The notes under the pieces were generated by a model. The model did no database searches. It saw nothing but the letters and a program-made list of their open reading frames with translations, and was not told where the DNA came from. A DNA stretch of 64,000 nt from Chloroflexota bacterium (GTDB lineage: Bacteria; Chloroflexota; UBA11872; VXOZ01). Numbering within the stretch: position 1 is the first letter of the stretch; every line of letters starts with the position of its first letter. Both the position numbers and the translations under genes were made by a program. The DNA lies in contig OZ219802.1 in assembly GCA_964291655.2 (NCBI GenBank), forward strand, positions 960,001 to 1,024,000. Direction: 5' to 3'. Shown piece by piece: positions 48,815 to 59,124 of the stretch.

Positions 48815-49615
48815 CTAATCGACCACGTATCCCACTGCGGCGAGGGTGTCTTCCAAGAAGCGACGCGCGCGTACGGCCTGGTGATTCACCTCATCTAGGG
48901 CTTCGCCACTCAGGCACTCGACGACGCATGGGCCGGCAAAGCCCGCGTCTTTGAGCGCGGTGAACACGGCGGGAAAGTCAACCAAGCCGTCGCCCGGCGT
49001 GACCATTACGTCGCCCTGCTGGCCGCCCACCTCATCCTTGATACACATACCGCCCACGATTGGGGCAATCTCGCGAATGTGTGCCAGCGGATCCTCACCG
49101 GCGTAGTAGAGTAAGTTACCCGCGTCGTAGCAGATCTTGAAGTTCTGGTGATTTACCTTCTTCCACGATTCGATAGTGTCTCGTGTCGTATTGCTCAATC
49201 CGCCATGAGGCTTGAGCATGAGCGTAATGCCTTTGTGCAACGCATACTCAGCGCTCTCCCGCATGACGGCGTAGTACGTGTCGTACTGCGCCGGATCGGA
49301 CGCGCCGCCGGTCATCACGTGGCGAAAGCCGAGTTGCTCCACGTAGTCAAGCTCTTGATTTAGCGCCGCCACTCCCTCTTCCACACTCGTCAAGGGATAC
49401 GTCGCCATCATGATTGCAAATTTAAGGCCGGCATTCTTGACCGTGCGCTCGACTGCGGCCACTTCTTCCGGAGTCGATTCGTAGTCGATGAGGCGAGTCG
49501 GCCCCATGCTCATCGGGCCAAAATACTTGAAACCGGCGGCGCTCATCCCCGCGGCGGCGACCTCAATACCATATTCCCGCCACGGACGGGTAAAACATCC
49601 AAGCTGAATCTCCAT
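48815..49615 (-). CDS. Sugar phosphate isomerase/epimerase (TIM barrel)
   Basis: KPHGG, CYDAGN, IKD, PGDGLVDF, GFAGPCVVE. Start chosen from the AGGAG SD. Confidence 0.8.
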   Translation of the reverse strand: MEIQLGCFTRPWREYGIEVAAAGMSAAGFKYFGPMSMGPTRLIDYESTPEEVAAVERTVKNAGLKFAIMMATYPLTSVEEGVAALNQELDYVEQLGFRHVMTGGASDPAQYDTYYAVMRESAEYALHKGITLMLKPHGGLSNTTRDTIESWKKVNHQNFKICYDAGNLLYYAGEDPLAHIREIAPIVGGMCIKDEVGGQQGDVMVTPGDGLVDFPAVFTALKDAGFAGPCVVECLSGEALDEVNHQAVRARRFLEDTLAAVGYVVD

Positions 49616-49681
49616 ATCCGGCATCTCTCCTCGCTGCGCTAGCTTCTTTACGTCACCCTCTTGTGCACATGCTTCGTCCAA

Positions 49682-50857
49682 CTACGATTCCGACGGCATT
49701 GTGCCGGCAGGCCGTTTCGCGCTGGGCCGAAAGTCCGGCACTGTCAACAACTTCGAATTCTGTTCAATCGACTCTGCGGCCAATATTGCCGGCGCCGCAG
49801 TGTCCATTGCCCGATACAGGTCAAATTCCAGCGGCCTCGTGCCCAAGACGGCATCACGAAACGCCGCGTGCACGTAGTAGTCAGCGTCGCCGTGGCCGCT
49901 GCCTCGCGCTTCTCTAGGGGCATCCGTGCGTTGAAACTGCCAGTCCACTTCCGCCAAATCGTGCATTTGGGCCTTTGCAAGCCACATCTTCGGTCGCTCC
50001 CGGGCCGACCGCCGCCATTCCACTGACCCCTGCGTCCCCATGATCTGGTACCAATGGTAATCACGCGGCGGTTGCGGCTGCGCGAAGCTCGCAGCCAACC
50101 GCAAAATCGCATCCTTTTCAGTCTTCATCAAGCAGACCTGCATGTCCGGTTGGGGAATTACGGGGTGGGCGTAGCTTGGAGCCTGCGTACTCATGCCCGT
50201 AACAGATACTACCCGATCGTCAAGCACGTACAACAGCGGGCTCAATTCGTGCGGCAGATAGTGGATGGAGGGCATGAGCGCACTCCACGTGGGCTCCGCC
50301 TCGGGGTGATCGGAAACTTCCGTGGGTCCGTAGAACGTGCCGGTCTCCTTTTCCCAAAAGAACTGAGAGACGTAATAGTGGAAGTACTGTCCTTCGACAA
50401 AGGTAACCCTACCGAGTTGGCCTTCCGCCACCATATCGTGCCACGCTTGCATTACTCCCATGTAGCGAGTTTGCTCCGCCAACTGGTAGACCTTGCCGGA
50501 GCGCTCAGCGGCCACGACAATGCGCCAGCAGTCCTCGATATAGTGCGCCGCCGGCACTTCCGCGTTGACGTGCTTGCCGGCCTCAAGGGCCTGCGCCGCC
50601 AATGCCCCTTGCCGCGGGCTGCGCACGGTCAATGCAATGGCTTCCACGTTGGAATCGGCGAGGATATCTTCGAATTGGGCGTAGGTGGCCACACCGTCAC
50701 TATTCTCAAGCGCAGCCAGGGCCCGCTCATGTGTGGCAGTGATGGGATCACAGAGCGCGACAATGCGATAGCCCGGTACGCGTTGCAGCAGGCGCATCCA
50801 GCTGAGCCCACGGCCACCAAGCCCCGCTACACCTATCCGAATCTCTTCCATTACCAC
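49682..50857 (-). CDS. Gfo/Idh/MocA family oxidoreductase
   Basis: IGVAGLGGRG, VALCD, AGKHVNAEVP, GHGDADY. Confidence 0.88.
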   Translation of the reverse strand: MVMEEIRIGVAGLGGRGLSWMRLLQRVPGYRIVALCDPITATHERALAALENSDGVATYAQFEDILADSNVEAIALTVRSPRQGALAAQALEAGKHVNAEVPAAHYIEDCWRIVVAAERSGKVYQLAEQTRYMGVMQAWHDMVAEGQLGRVTFVEGQYFHYYVSQFFWEKETGTFYGPTEVSDHPEAEPTWSALMPSIHYLPHELSPLLYVLDDRVVSVTGMSTQAPSYAHPVIPQPDMQVCLMKTEKDAILRLAASFAQPQPPRDYHWYQIMGTQGSVEWRRSARERPKMWLAKAQMHDLAEVDWQFQRTDAPREARGSGHGDADYYVHAAFRDAVLGTRPLEFDLYRAMDTAAPAILAAESIEQNSKLLTVPDFRPSAKRPAGTMPSES

Positions 50858-51004
50858 GTCCTTGTTTCGTATAACACCATTGGCTCTCGACTTGCAGCAT
50901 CATGACACAGCGGCCGCGCCAAGCCGGTGACACCCCGGCCGTTCGCGCGGTCTTCTTCCATCAGACGGCAAGTCCCACGCAGGCAAGACGGTGAGCTCTG
51001 ATTG

Positions 51005-51823
51005 TTAGCCTTCTGCACCCACCGCCGCATCATTGCGCAATGGCTGCGCCGCTGCCAGAAACTCATCCGAAGTTATTGTTCCCGCGATGTCTCGCAACTC
51101 GTAATCGTGAATAGCAGTATTTGTGCAGAGCAAACCGTCGATCGTGTCGCTCGTTTCGATACCGGTCGTGCAGTCGCGCAGGAGGATGAGGCCGTACCCG
51201 CGCTCGCGCATGGCCAACATTCCGTAGTCCCGATGGGGCACACAGAGATTGGTGGCAAAACCAACGTAGAAGAGATAGAGAATCTTGCGGTGCGTGCAAA
51301 GCCGGTGGAGCTGATGGCCGTTGGCGATGACAAAGTCATCCGGTTGCGGAAAGACCGATGCATCGATGTACCGGTCCTGGTTGATCTGCTCGATCTCTGC
51401 GGCCCACGTGTCCGTACGATCCGCGCGCAGGTGCGCCCACTCCCCCCTGCGCTTGGCAAAGTCCTCAGGCGGCCAGGCCGGCGCGGGACTCGCTTGCGGT
51501 GAGAGTTCACTGTCGCCGGCATAGCGCAGCCACTGGGGTAACTTGTGTGCCACACTGGGCGACGGCGCATGAATCACCGTTACGCCAATGTCACGGCAGG
51601 CGTCAAGCACCGGACGAATGCGCTCTCGGCAAATCTGCCCTGTCCGCTCCACGTGACTCGCCGTAATGTGAATGTCCCAGCAGTCTACTAAGACAATGCC
51701 GGCCTGCTCCGGTGGGACTGTCAGACCAGCAGAACGGTAGCCAAAGTTTTCTTCACGAAAAGGGAGGCCTGGCGCGGTGGGTTCGTGGACGACATGCCGC
51801 GTCGAAATCGCGAGTGATGCCAA
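51005..51823 (-). CDS. Isochorismatase-like cysteine hydrolase
   Basis: VLVDCWD, VIHAPS, YVGFATNLCV, LLRDCT. Start uncertain. Confidence 0.72.
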   Translation of the reverse strand: MASLAISTRHVVHEPTAPGLPFREENFGYRSAGLTVPPEQAGIVLVDCWDIHITASHVERTGQICRERIRPVLDACRDIGVTVIHAPSPSVAHKLPQWLRYAGDSELSPQASPAPAWPPEDFAKRRGEWAHLRADRTDTWAAEIEQINQDRYIDASVFPQPDDFVIANGHQLHRLCTHRKILYLFYVGFATNLCVPHRDYGMLAMRERGYGLILLRDCTTGIETSDTIDGLLCTNTAIHDYELRDIAGTITSDEFLAAAQPLRNDAAVGAEG

Positions 51824-52222
51824 AGCGCAATCTCCTTCATCATACTGGCGACCTCTGCTCAGTTTCAGCGCGAGGCGGCGACCGCCCACACCTACAAAGA
51901 CTATGGTGCAGCCACCGCCTCGTTGTCAAGAAATAGCCGCGGCTAACGGGGTATTCTGCTCCCTCTCTACACGTGTTCCGACATAGCGTACCCCGTATCT
52001 GTCTCCTGCCGCTGAACACCCCGATCGACTGGAGCGCAACGGCTTCCACATCTCCCTGCTCTATCCACCCTTGTTGTTACTTGGGTATAATACAAGCAGT
52101 GCAACCCCGGTCGTGTCTCGTTTCATTTCTCCTTCCCTAGCCAATTCACGAGTCCGGTACGTTCAATCCCCAATCGCCGCACCCAAGGGCGCTAACCTCG
52201 CCATCAGAGAAGGCGCACGTAC

Positions 52223-53620
52223 ATGAGTCCCCTCCCAGTGGCATCCATTGACTCTGCCCAGACCACCCAGGACTTCGAGTTGCTGGCGTTGCATCGCTGC
52301 ATTCACCAATCCAATCGCAACTTTCGGCTGGGACTGGGACAGGGACAAGAACTCATCAAGCTCGGTCTAACGAATCGACCCGCGGCGGCAATGACCTACC
52401 GCCTCACGCACCGCATCACCGTAAACCCAGGTATGCTCGCGCCGGATGGGATCGTTACGGGCGCGCTCGCCGCCGACACGACTTCCGGAACGTTCTTGGA
52501 ACAACGACGCGCGGGCATTCTCTACAGACTTACCGATGCGAACCTCTTCGGCCTACGCCGGGAAGTGGCCCGGCTCGAACGCTGGCAAAAGCACCTCGTG
52601 GTGCCAATTCCCCAGGATACCGGCGCAGATGCGTTTGGGCGCTACCTTGACAATCTTGTCCGCGAATTCCAGCCCAGCGCAATCATCATCGGCAATGAGG
52701 AAAACCTGCACGACATTCATGTCGAAGGCCAGAACAGAATTCAGTGGTACGTGGACCGTTTCGTGACGGGCCATCGCGCAGTAAAGAGAGCCGATCCTCT
52801 GGTGAGCGTCCACATGTACGGCGAGGCGTACCACACGCTGCAGGACAATCGCCCATTCCTCCAAGGCGTACTTGGCATCCTTCAAAAGCGCAGCATCTTG
52901 CCGGATGCGCTATTGGTGCACTTTTACGATCACGCCAATCTCCTCCAACCATGGCTTGATGAGATTAGCGCGGCGACAGCGCATGCAATCCAGCAGCGGC
53001 TGCCAATTATCGTTGGCGAACTCGGCCACTATGGCGACGTGGTTGGCGGCGGAAACATCGTGCGCCGGGACGCGGAACGTGAACAGCGGCTTACACCGGA
53101 CGATCAGTCTCGCGCCGTAGCCCAACTCCTCACCGCCGCCACTGCCAGCATCGCCAAGCAAGCCTTCTATTTTGGCGCTATTGACACAATTAGCACCGGC
53201 GGCTACGAAAGCAGGAAGGGCTTGACGGTGTACAACGATAGCATCGGCAACATGACCCCACGACCGGCCTTGACGGTTTTCCGCTTTGTGACTGACCTGC
53301 TCGCCGGCGCCAGCGCGTCATTGAGCAGCACCCCGGAGCATGGCCTTTCGGTCGCGCACTTTGTGCGCCCTCCGCTCACGCCCGATGAAGAACGTGACCT
53401 GGAAGGCTGGTTCGTATGGTCGAATGACCAGCGCGGCCGGCCGCGGGAATTCACGTTGCCACCGGGATTCGTCGGATATGACGTCTATGGCAGAATGCAA
53501 TACGCTGCTCGGGACGAACCGCAAGTGGTGAGCTTGCACGAATCTCTCAACCCACACATCGGCGGCGAGACTTTCATATTCTTCCGTCTCACCGGAAACA
53601 CAGCGTTTTCACTGCCGTAG
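52223..53620 (+). CDS. Hypothetical protein, possible clan GH-A glycoside hydrolase fold
   Basis: IIGNEEN (acid/base-like), VHFY, IIVGELG (nucleophile-like). Confidence 0.5.
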   Translation: MSPLPVASIDSAQTTQDFELLALHRCIHQSNRNFRLGLGQGQELIKLGLTNRPAAAMTYRLTHRITVNPGMLAPDGIVTGALAADTTSGTFLEQRRAGILYRLTDANLFGLRREVARLERWQKHLVVPIPQDTGADAFGRYLDNLVREFQPSAIIIGNEENLHDIHVEGQNRIQWYVDRFVTGHRAVKRADPLVSVHMYGEAYHTLQDNRPFLQGVLGILQKRSILPDALLVHFYDHANLLQPWLDEISAATAHAIQQRLPIIVGELGHYGDVVGGGNIVRRDAEREQRLTPDDQSRAVAQLLTAATASIAKQAFYFGAIDTISTGGYESRKGLTVYNDSIGNMTPRPALTVFRFVTDLLAGASASLSSTPEHGLSVAHFVRPPLTPDEERDLEGWFVWSNDQRGRPREFTLPPGFVGYDVYGRMQYAARDEPQVVSLHESLNPHIGGETFIFFRLTGNTAFSLP

Positions 53621-53861
53621 GAGACCCCTGCGTTAGATGGGTCCTGAGGAAAGTGTATTATCCCCTCTCCCTGGGGAGACCATTGCGAAACCTAAGGGGA
53701 AACGAGAGCGTCCCCTCTCCCTCGACGGGAGAGGGCTAGGTTGAGGGTGAATCTCCAGAAAGCTATCCACATGCACCGAATCTGCCCTGATACATCTTGA
53801 CACTTCACTGCGTAAAGGGCCATTGTATAAAAAGACCCCCTCATCCCAACCCTCTCCCCCA

Positions 53862-55505
53862 GAGGGTGTCTCAAAAATAGATCTACTGGATATATACTGG
53901 TGTGAAGAGAAGCAAGGTGAGGTGGTGGGATAGTTTGTAGAGAGGTAGTGACGATGCCGTTGAGACCGTTTAGTCGTGAACAGGCCTGGCTGTTGCCGCC
54001 GACGCTGGACGAACTGATCCCGGACGACCATCCTGTCAGGTTTGCGGCAGCGTTCGTGGACAGCCTCGATGCTGCGGCCTGGGAGGCGATGGAGATTGAC
54101 CTGCAAGGCGATCCGCGTGGCGCCGGGGCCTACCATCCGCGCGCGCTGCTGGGCGTATGGGTCTACGGCTTCATGACCGGCGTGCGCTCGAGCCGCAAGC
54201 TGGAGGCAGCCTGCCGGGATCAGGTACCGTACCTGTGGCTGGTGGGGATGCAGCAGCCGGACCACAACACGCTGTGGCGCTTCTACAAGGCGCACCGCGA
54301 CCGGATGCGGATGCTGCTCAAGCGCACGGTGCGCACGGCGGTGCGAGCCGGCCTGGTGGAGTTGGCAATCCAGGCGGTGGACGGCACCAGGATCGCGGCC
54401 AACGCCGGGACGCGGCATACCCACGACGCGCAGGGGCTGCAGCGGCTGTTGTCCCGCACCGAGCAAGCGATCGCGGACCTGGAGGCGCAGAACGCCACGG
54501 GGGGCGACGCGCCGCCAGCGACTTTGCCGCAGGAACTTGCCGATGCCCAGGCCCTGCGGCGGCGGGTGGACGACGCGCTCGCCCGCGTCGCGGCTGAGGA
54601 CGGGCCGCGCTACACGAACCTGACTGATGCGGACGCGGCCCTGCTCAAGACTGGCATGGGTGGCTTCATCACCGGCTACAACGCCCAGGCGCTGGTCTCC
54701 CCTCTTGCGTCCCCGGACGAGGGCGCAGGGGGGAGGTTGATCACAGCCGTGGACGTGAGCGCCAGTGCCGACGACCATCCCCACCTGGCGCCGCTGATCG
54801 AGGCGGCGCAGGAGAACATCGACGCCGCGCGGGACGTGGTGACCGTTGCGGACGCCGGCTACCATTCGGGGGCCAACCTCGCCACGTGCCACGCCGGCGG
54901 CCACACGGTATTGATGCCCACGACCCACGAGCGCAGACGCCGCAACCCCTACCATAAAGACCACTTCACCTACCGTCCAGAGACCGACACCTACCTGTGT
55001 CCCCAGCAAAAGGTGCTCACCTACACGCACCGCTTGACCCACAGCAACGGCTACCGGGTCAAGCGGTACCAAGCCAACGGCCGGGACTGCAGAACCTGTC
55101 CGGCCTTCGGCGTCTGCACCTCCTCCCAGAGGGGCCGCTCCATAAAGATCAGCGCCTACGAGCCAATACTGCAACGGCACAGGCAGTTGATGGCCACCGC
55201 GCCTGCCAAGCAGGTGTACCGCCGCCGGAGTACCATCGTCGAGCCGGTCTTTGGCCTGCTCAAGGAGTGGCACAGTGCCAGGCGCTTCCTGCTCAGAGGC
55301 CGCAGCCACGTGACGTCCGAATGGCACCTGCTGGCCACCGCGTTCAATCTCAAGAGCCTCCACGCCCTGTGGCGGTCTGGGTGTAGTCCAGCGTCGCCCC
55401 GGGGACGAGTCTCTCACTGGCACCGTCTTGTTCATACCACCCGCCATCTGTCTGTCCTTCTCACCCCATTCACCGTGCCCCGCACCAAAATATTGAGACA
55501 GCCTC
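53862..55505 (+). mobile_element. IS1182-family insertion sequence
   Basis: IRs GAGGGTGTCTCAAAA / TATTGAGACAGCCTC, 4-bp target duplication CCCA (53858-61 and 55506-09). Confidence 0.9.
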
Positions 55506-55588
55506 CCCAGGAGAGGGAGTGCCCCTGCTTGAATGTGGGGCTATGCAAAAGTCTCCTGGGGGGACCTTTGCACAACTCAAGCCGGTAA
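53954..55588 (+). CDS. IS1182 family transposase
   Basis: LLPPTLDELIPDDHP, YHPRALL, SSRKLE, PDHNTL, AVDGTRI, ADAGY, YRRRSTIVEPVFG. Confidence 0.93.
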   Translation: MPLRPFSREQAWLLPPTLDELIPDDHPVRFAAAFVDSLDAAAWEAMEIDLQGDPRGAGAYHPRALLGVWVYGFMTGVRSSRKLEAACRDQVPYLWLVGMQQPDHNTLWRFYKAHRDRMRMLLKRTVRTAVRAGLVELAIQAVDGTRIAANAGTRHTHDAQGLQRLLSRTEQAIADLEAQNATGGDAPPATLPQELADAQALRRRVDDALARVAAEDGPRYTNLTDADAALLKTGMGGFITGYNAQALVSPLASPDEGAGGRLITAVDVSASADDHPHLAPLIEAAQENIDAARDVVTVADAGYHSGANLATCHAGGHTVLMPTTHERRRRNPYHKDHFTYRPETDTYLCPQQKVLTYTHRLTHSNGYRVKRYQANGRDCRTCPAFGVCTSSQRGRSIKISAYEPILQRHRQLMATAPAKQVYRRRSTIVEPVFGLLKEWHSARRFLLRGRSHVTSEWHLLATAFNLKSLHALWRSGCSPASPRGRVSHWHRLVHTTRHLSVLLTPFTVPRTKILRQPPQERECPCLNVGLCKSLLGGPLHNSSR

Positions 55589-55597
55589 GAGAGAAGA

Positions 55598-55983
55598 TCC
55601 CCTCACTCCCGTATCAAGTTCGGGGCAGGCTCTAACCCTCTCCCTCAGGAGAACTTTGCGTAACTCCGTCATTCCGGCTTGCGCCGGAATCCAGAGCGCC
55701 TTTACACCTAAAGATAGCATAATGTCAAGTCATTTCACCCTCAGCCCCGAATCGTGTCCCTTCGCTGTATCGAGTACAGGGCAGGCTCCAGCCGTCTCCC
55801 GTCCAGGAGACCTTTGCATAGCCCTTACCGAGGCGAGGATGTCCCCTCTCCCGGCGGGAGAGGGTTAGGGTGAGGGGGAATCCCCGCAATCCGGGCTATT
55901 TTCACCGAAAGTACACACATTCGTGTAAGTGTTAGAGGTCTAAAGGACAGGATAGGCGGTATCCCCTCACCCCAGAGAGAGGG
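55598..55983. repeat. Cluster of palindromic repeats
   Basis: CCCTCAC..CCCTCTCCC units at about 55598, 55842(-) and 55962, plus GTCATTCCGGCTTGCGCCGGAATC at 55668-55691. Confidence 0.75.
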
Positions 55984-56199
55984 TGCAATTCTAGCGCCGT
56001 TGGCCGAGGTTACGCAAAGGTCTTCGTCGAGAGAGAGGGAACTTTCTCGCTGCGGCAAGGGTTATGCAATGGTCTCCATAGGCGGGCAGACGCCGGGTGT
56101 TCGTTCAATCGATAAGCGTTGCCCGCTTCTCGTACGGCGCGTTGACCGGCCGCGAGCGCAGGCTGCTTGACGGTTAGGGCCCATGAGCGCACTTGCAAC

Positions 56200-58761
56200 T
56201 TAGTCTTGCGCTTTTTTCTTCAGTTCGTAGAGCGTACTGATCGCTTCCAACGGGGTCATGGCGTCCACGTCAAGATCTTGCAGCTCCGTAATCACCGGAT
56301 GAGGGCCGCTGAAGAGTGGCAGTTGATCGGCGCCATTCGATCCGGTCAAGGCTGGTGCTTCACCCCGCAAGTGCCGCTCTTCCAGTTCGTGCAGCACCTG
56401 CTCCGCGCGCCTCAGCACCGGGCGGGGCAGTCCGGCAAGCTTGGCAACATTAACGCCATACGAACGGTCGGCGCCACCGGGTACCACTTTGTGCAGAAAG
56501 ACCACATTGCCTTGCTCTTCCAATACGTCCACGCGGGAGTTCCTTACGCGTGGCAGCGTACCCTCCAATTCAGCCAACTCGTGAAAGTGGGTGGCAAACA
56601 GGGTCTTGGAGTTGAGGCCGGAGTGATTGTGCAAGTACTCCAGCACGGCGCGGGCGATTGCCAGTCCATCGTACGTGCTGGTGCCGCGCCCTACCTCGTC
56701 GAAGACCACCAGTGATCGCGGCGTTGCGTGAGTGAGGATATAGCTCGTCTCCGTCATTTCTACCATGAACGTGCTGGCGCCGGCGGCAATTTCGTCCTGC
56801 GCGCCCACGCGCGTGAAGATGCGGTCCACGATGCCGACGTGCGCCGACCGGGCAGCTACAAAACTGCCAATCTGCGCCATGAGAACGGTGAGGGCAACCT
56901 GTCGCAGGTACGTAGACTTCCCCGCCATGTTCGGGCCGGTGAGCACAATGATTTGCTGCTCCGCATCCAGCCGCACGTCGTTGGGGATAATGGGAGCTCC
57001 TCCCAGTGTCGCCTCCACTACAGGATGGCGCCCCTCGACAATCTCGATACAGTCACCTTCATCCAACACCGGACGCACATAGTTGCGGCGCGCAGCCACC
57101 CTGGCAAACGCGGCAAAGACATCGAGCTCAGCGAGGGCGTACGCCAACCGCCGCAACCGACGCTCCTCCGCGGCTACGCTCTTCACGATGCCGGCAAATA
57201 TCTGCTGCTCGAGTACGCTCTGCTCTTCTTCCGCGTTGAGCATGAGGGACTCGGCATCCTGTAATTCCGTGGTGCTATACCGCTCGCCGGTTGTCAGGGT
57301 CTGCTTGCGCATATACCGCTCCGGTACGTTGGGCAGTGCGCCTTTGCTCACTTCAAGGTAATAGCCATAGACCTTGTTGTGGCCAACCTTAAGGGACTTG
57401 ATGCCGGTGGCGTGCCGCTCCTTTGCTTCGAGATTCGCGATGAAGGCCCGCGCCTCCTGTGTACGCCGCACCAACTCATCCAGCTCTTTGCTATACCCTG
57501 ACTTGATCGGTGGTTGTCCCGGCTCCGTTGCAATAGAAGTAGCAATTAATGCCGCCACTTCCGGCGCCGGATCGACGGTAGCCGCGCGGGCTTGGATCGG
57601 AGGGTCCGAAGATGCGTTCAACAAGCCCTCTATGTCCGCTGCAACTTCCAGCGAGCGGCCCAAGCGTGCCAGATCCTGCGGTGTTGCCAGGCCCTGCAAA
57701 GCGCGATGGGCAAGCCGCTCGACGTCGGCGAGTTTCCCCAGTTTTTCCCGCAACCGCTCCAACAAGACATGGTCCCGTGTCAATGTCTCGACAATCGCCA
57801 AACGCCCCTCGATAGCAGGCACATCCACCAGGGGCTGGGTAAGCCATTGGCGGAGCAGGCGACCGCCGATTGCCGAGCGCGTTTCATCTAGGACACCGAG
57901 CAGCGAGCCTTCTTCCTGTTGCGTGCGGTTATTGCGCAAAATCTCCAGGTTACGCAGCGTGGCGGGATCCAGACCCATAAAGGAATCGAGGGAGTACGTG
58001 CGCAGGCCGTCCAGACCGCCCAGGAATGACTTTTGCGTTTCCTCCAGATACGCCAGGAGCCCACCGGCGGCGCGGGTCGCCAATGGCAGGTCGGCGCAGC
58101 CAAAGCCGTCAAGCGCGGCAACTGCAAGTACCCGCAGCAAGGTGCTTGTCGCTTCCTGCAAGTCGAAGTGCCATGCTGCATACGAGGTGAGCGCCGTGGA
58201 GGGCAGCTGCAGAGTCTTGCCTTCGGGAAACACACACTCTGCCGGCTGCAGCCGTCCCAATTCAGCGGCAAGGACAGCATCGGTGTCTTCCCGGATCTCG
58301 GTGGCGGCGAACTCCCCCGTGCTGACGTCAGCGTACGCCAGTCCCACGCCCCTCTTATCGTGTACGACGGCGGCCACGTAGGTATTCTGCTTGGCCGCAA
58401 GCAAGTCCGGGTCTACAATCGTGCCCGGTGTGGCGACTCGCACCACCGCTCGCTCCACCAGACCGTGTCCGGGCTCAGAGACCTGTTCGCAAATCGCAAC
58501 GCGGTGTCCCGCCGCGAGCAGTCGTCCCAGGTATGTTTCCGCGGCATGTGCGGGCACACCGCACATCGGCATCTTCTGACCCTTACCGAATTCGCGTGCG
58601 GTGAGGACAATCTGCAAGGTCTCAGAGGCAACCTTGGCATCATCCCCAAAAAGCTCATAGAAGTCGCCGAGGCGAAAGAAGAGGAGCGCATCCGGGTAGT
58701 TCTGCTTGATGCGGTAGTACTGCTCTTGTACAGGCGTCATGCTCCGGGAGGACTTAGGCAT
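56200..58761 (-). CDS. mutS: DNA mismatch repair protein MutS
   Basis: TPVQEQY, FRLGDFYELF, MCGVP, GRHPVVE, TGPNMAGKST, STFMVEM, DEVGRGTSTYDG, SYG. Start uncertain. Confidence 0.97.
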   Translation of the reverse strand: MPKSSRSMTPVQEQYYRIKQNYPDALLFFRLGDFYELFGDDAKVASETLQIVLTAREFGKGQKMPMCGVPAHAAETYLGRLLAAGHRVAICEQVSEPGHGLVERAVVRVATPGTIVDPDLLAAKQNTYVAAVVHDKRGVGLAYADVSTGEFAATEIREDTDAVLAAELGRLQPAECVFPEGKTLQLPSTALTSYAAWHFDLQEATSTLLRVLAVAALDGFGCADLPLATRAAGGLLAYLEETQKSFLGGLDGLRTYSLDSFMGLDPATLRNLEILRNNRTQQEEGSLLGVLDETRSAIGGRLLRQWLTQPLVDVPAIEGRLAIVETLTRDHVLLERLREKLGKLADVERLAHRALQGLATPQDLARLGRSLEVAADIEGLLNASSDPPIQARAATVDPAPEVAALIATSIATEPGQPPIKSGYSKELDELVRRTQEARAFIANLEAKERHATGIKSLKVGHNKVYGYYLEVSKGALPNVPERYMRKQTLTTGERYSTTELQDAESLMLNAEEEQSVLEQQIFAGIVKSVAAEERRLRRLAYALAELDVFAAFARVAARRNYVRPVLDEGDCIEIVEGRHPVVEATLGGAPIIPNDVRLDAEQQIIVLTGPNMAGKSTYLRQVALTVLMAQIGSFVAARSAHVGIVDRIFTRVGAQDEIAAGASTFMVEMTETSYILTHATPRSLVVFDEVGRGTSTYDGLAIARAVLEYLHNHSGLNSKTLFATHFHELAELEGTLPRVRNSRVDVLEEQGNVVFLHKVVPGGADRSYGVNVAKLAGLPRPVLRRAEQVLHELEERHLRGEAPALTGSNGADQLPLFSGPHPVITELQDLDVDAMTPLEAISTLYELKKKAQD

Positions 58762-59124
58762 TGGCGTACTGTTCTTAGGAGACAGGCTTCTCGCTATGTC
58801 ACGACCGCTTGGAAGAAGACGGCTCTGATTCATTCTAAACTGTTGGGACATGTAGGTGTTCAGGTGAAGCGCTACACTCCCCGGTAGCGCAGGTTCGCAC
58901 GAGAGACGTGCAAACTTGCGCCCACCTGCCAACGAGGCAATCCGATTGATTGCGCTTTGCTGCCCTTGCACCAAGATGCGGGGGACAAGCCCCCGCGCTA
59001 CGGCTCTATAAATCGGGGTCGAGCCTATGGTGGCAAGGGAACACAAATGAGTCGAGGTACTAAGTCGCGGTGCAGTCTCTTTGCAAGCGGTGAAAGGGAT
59101 GCTTTCCGCTTGGACTGACTTGGC

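Noticed and set aside
53633-55447. 604-aa antisense ORF
   Set aside because: Shadow of the GC-rich IS1182 transposase, with no motifs.
58762-59046. N-terminal extension of MutS in the ORF track
   Set aside because: It runs through a REP and intergenic DNA. MutS homology starts at about TPVQEQY.
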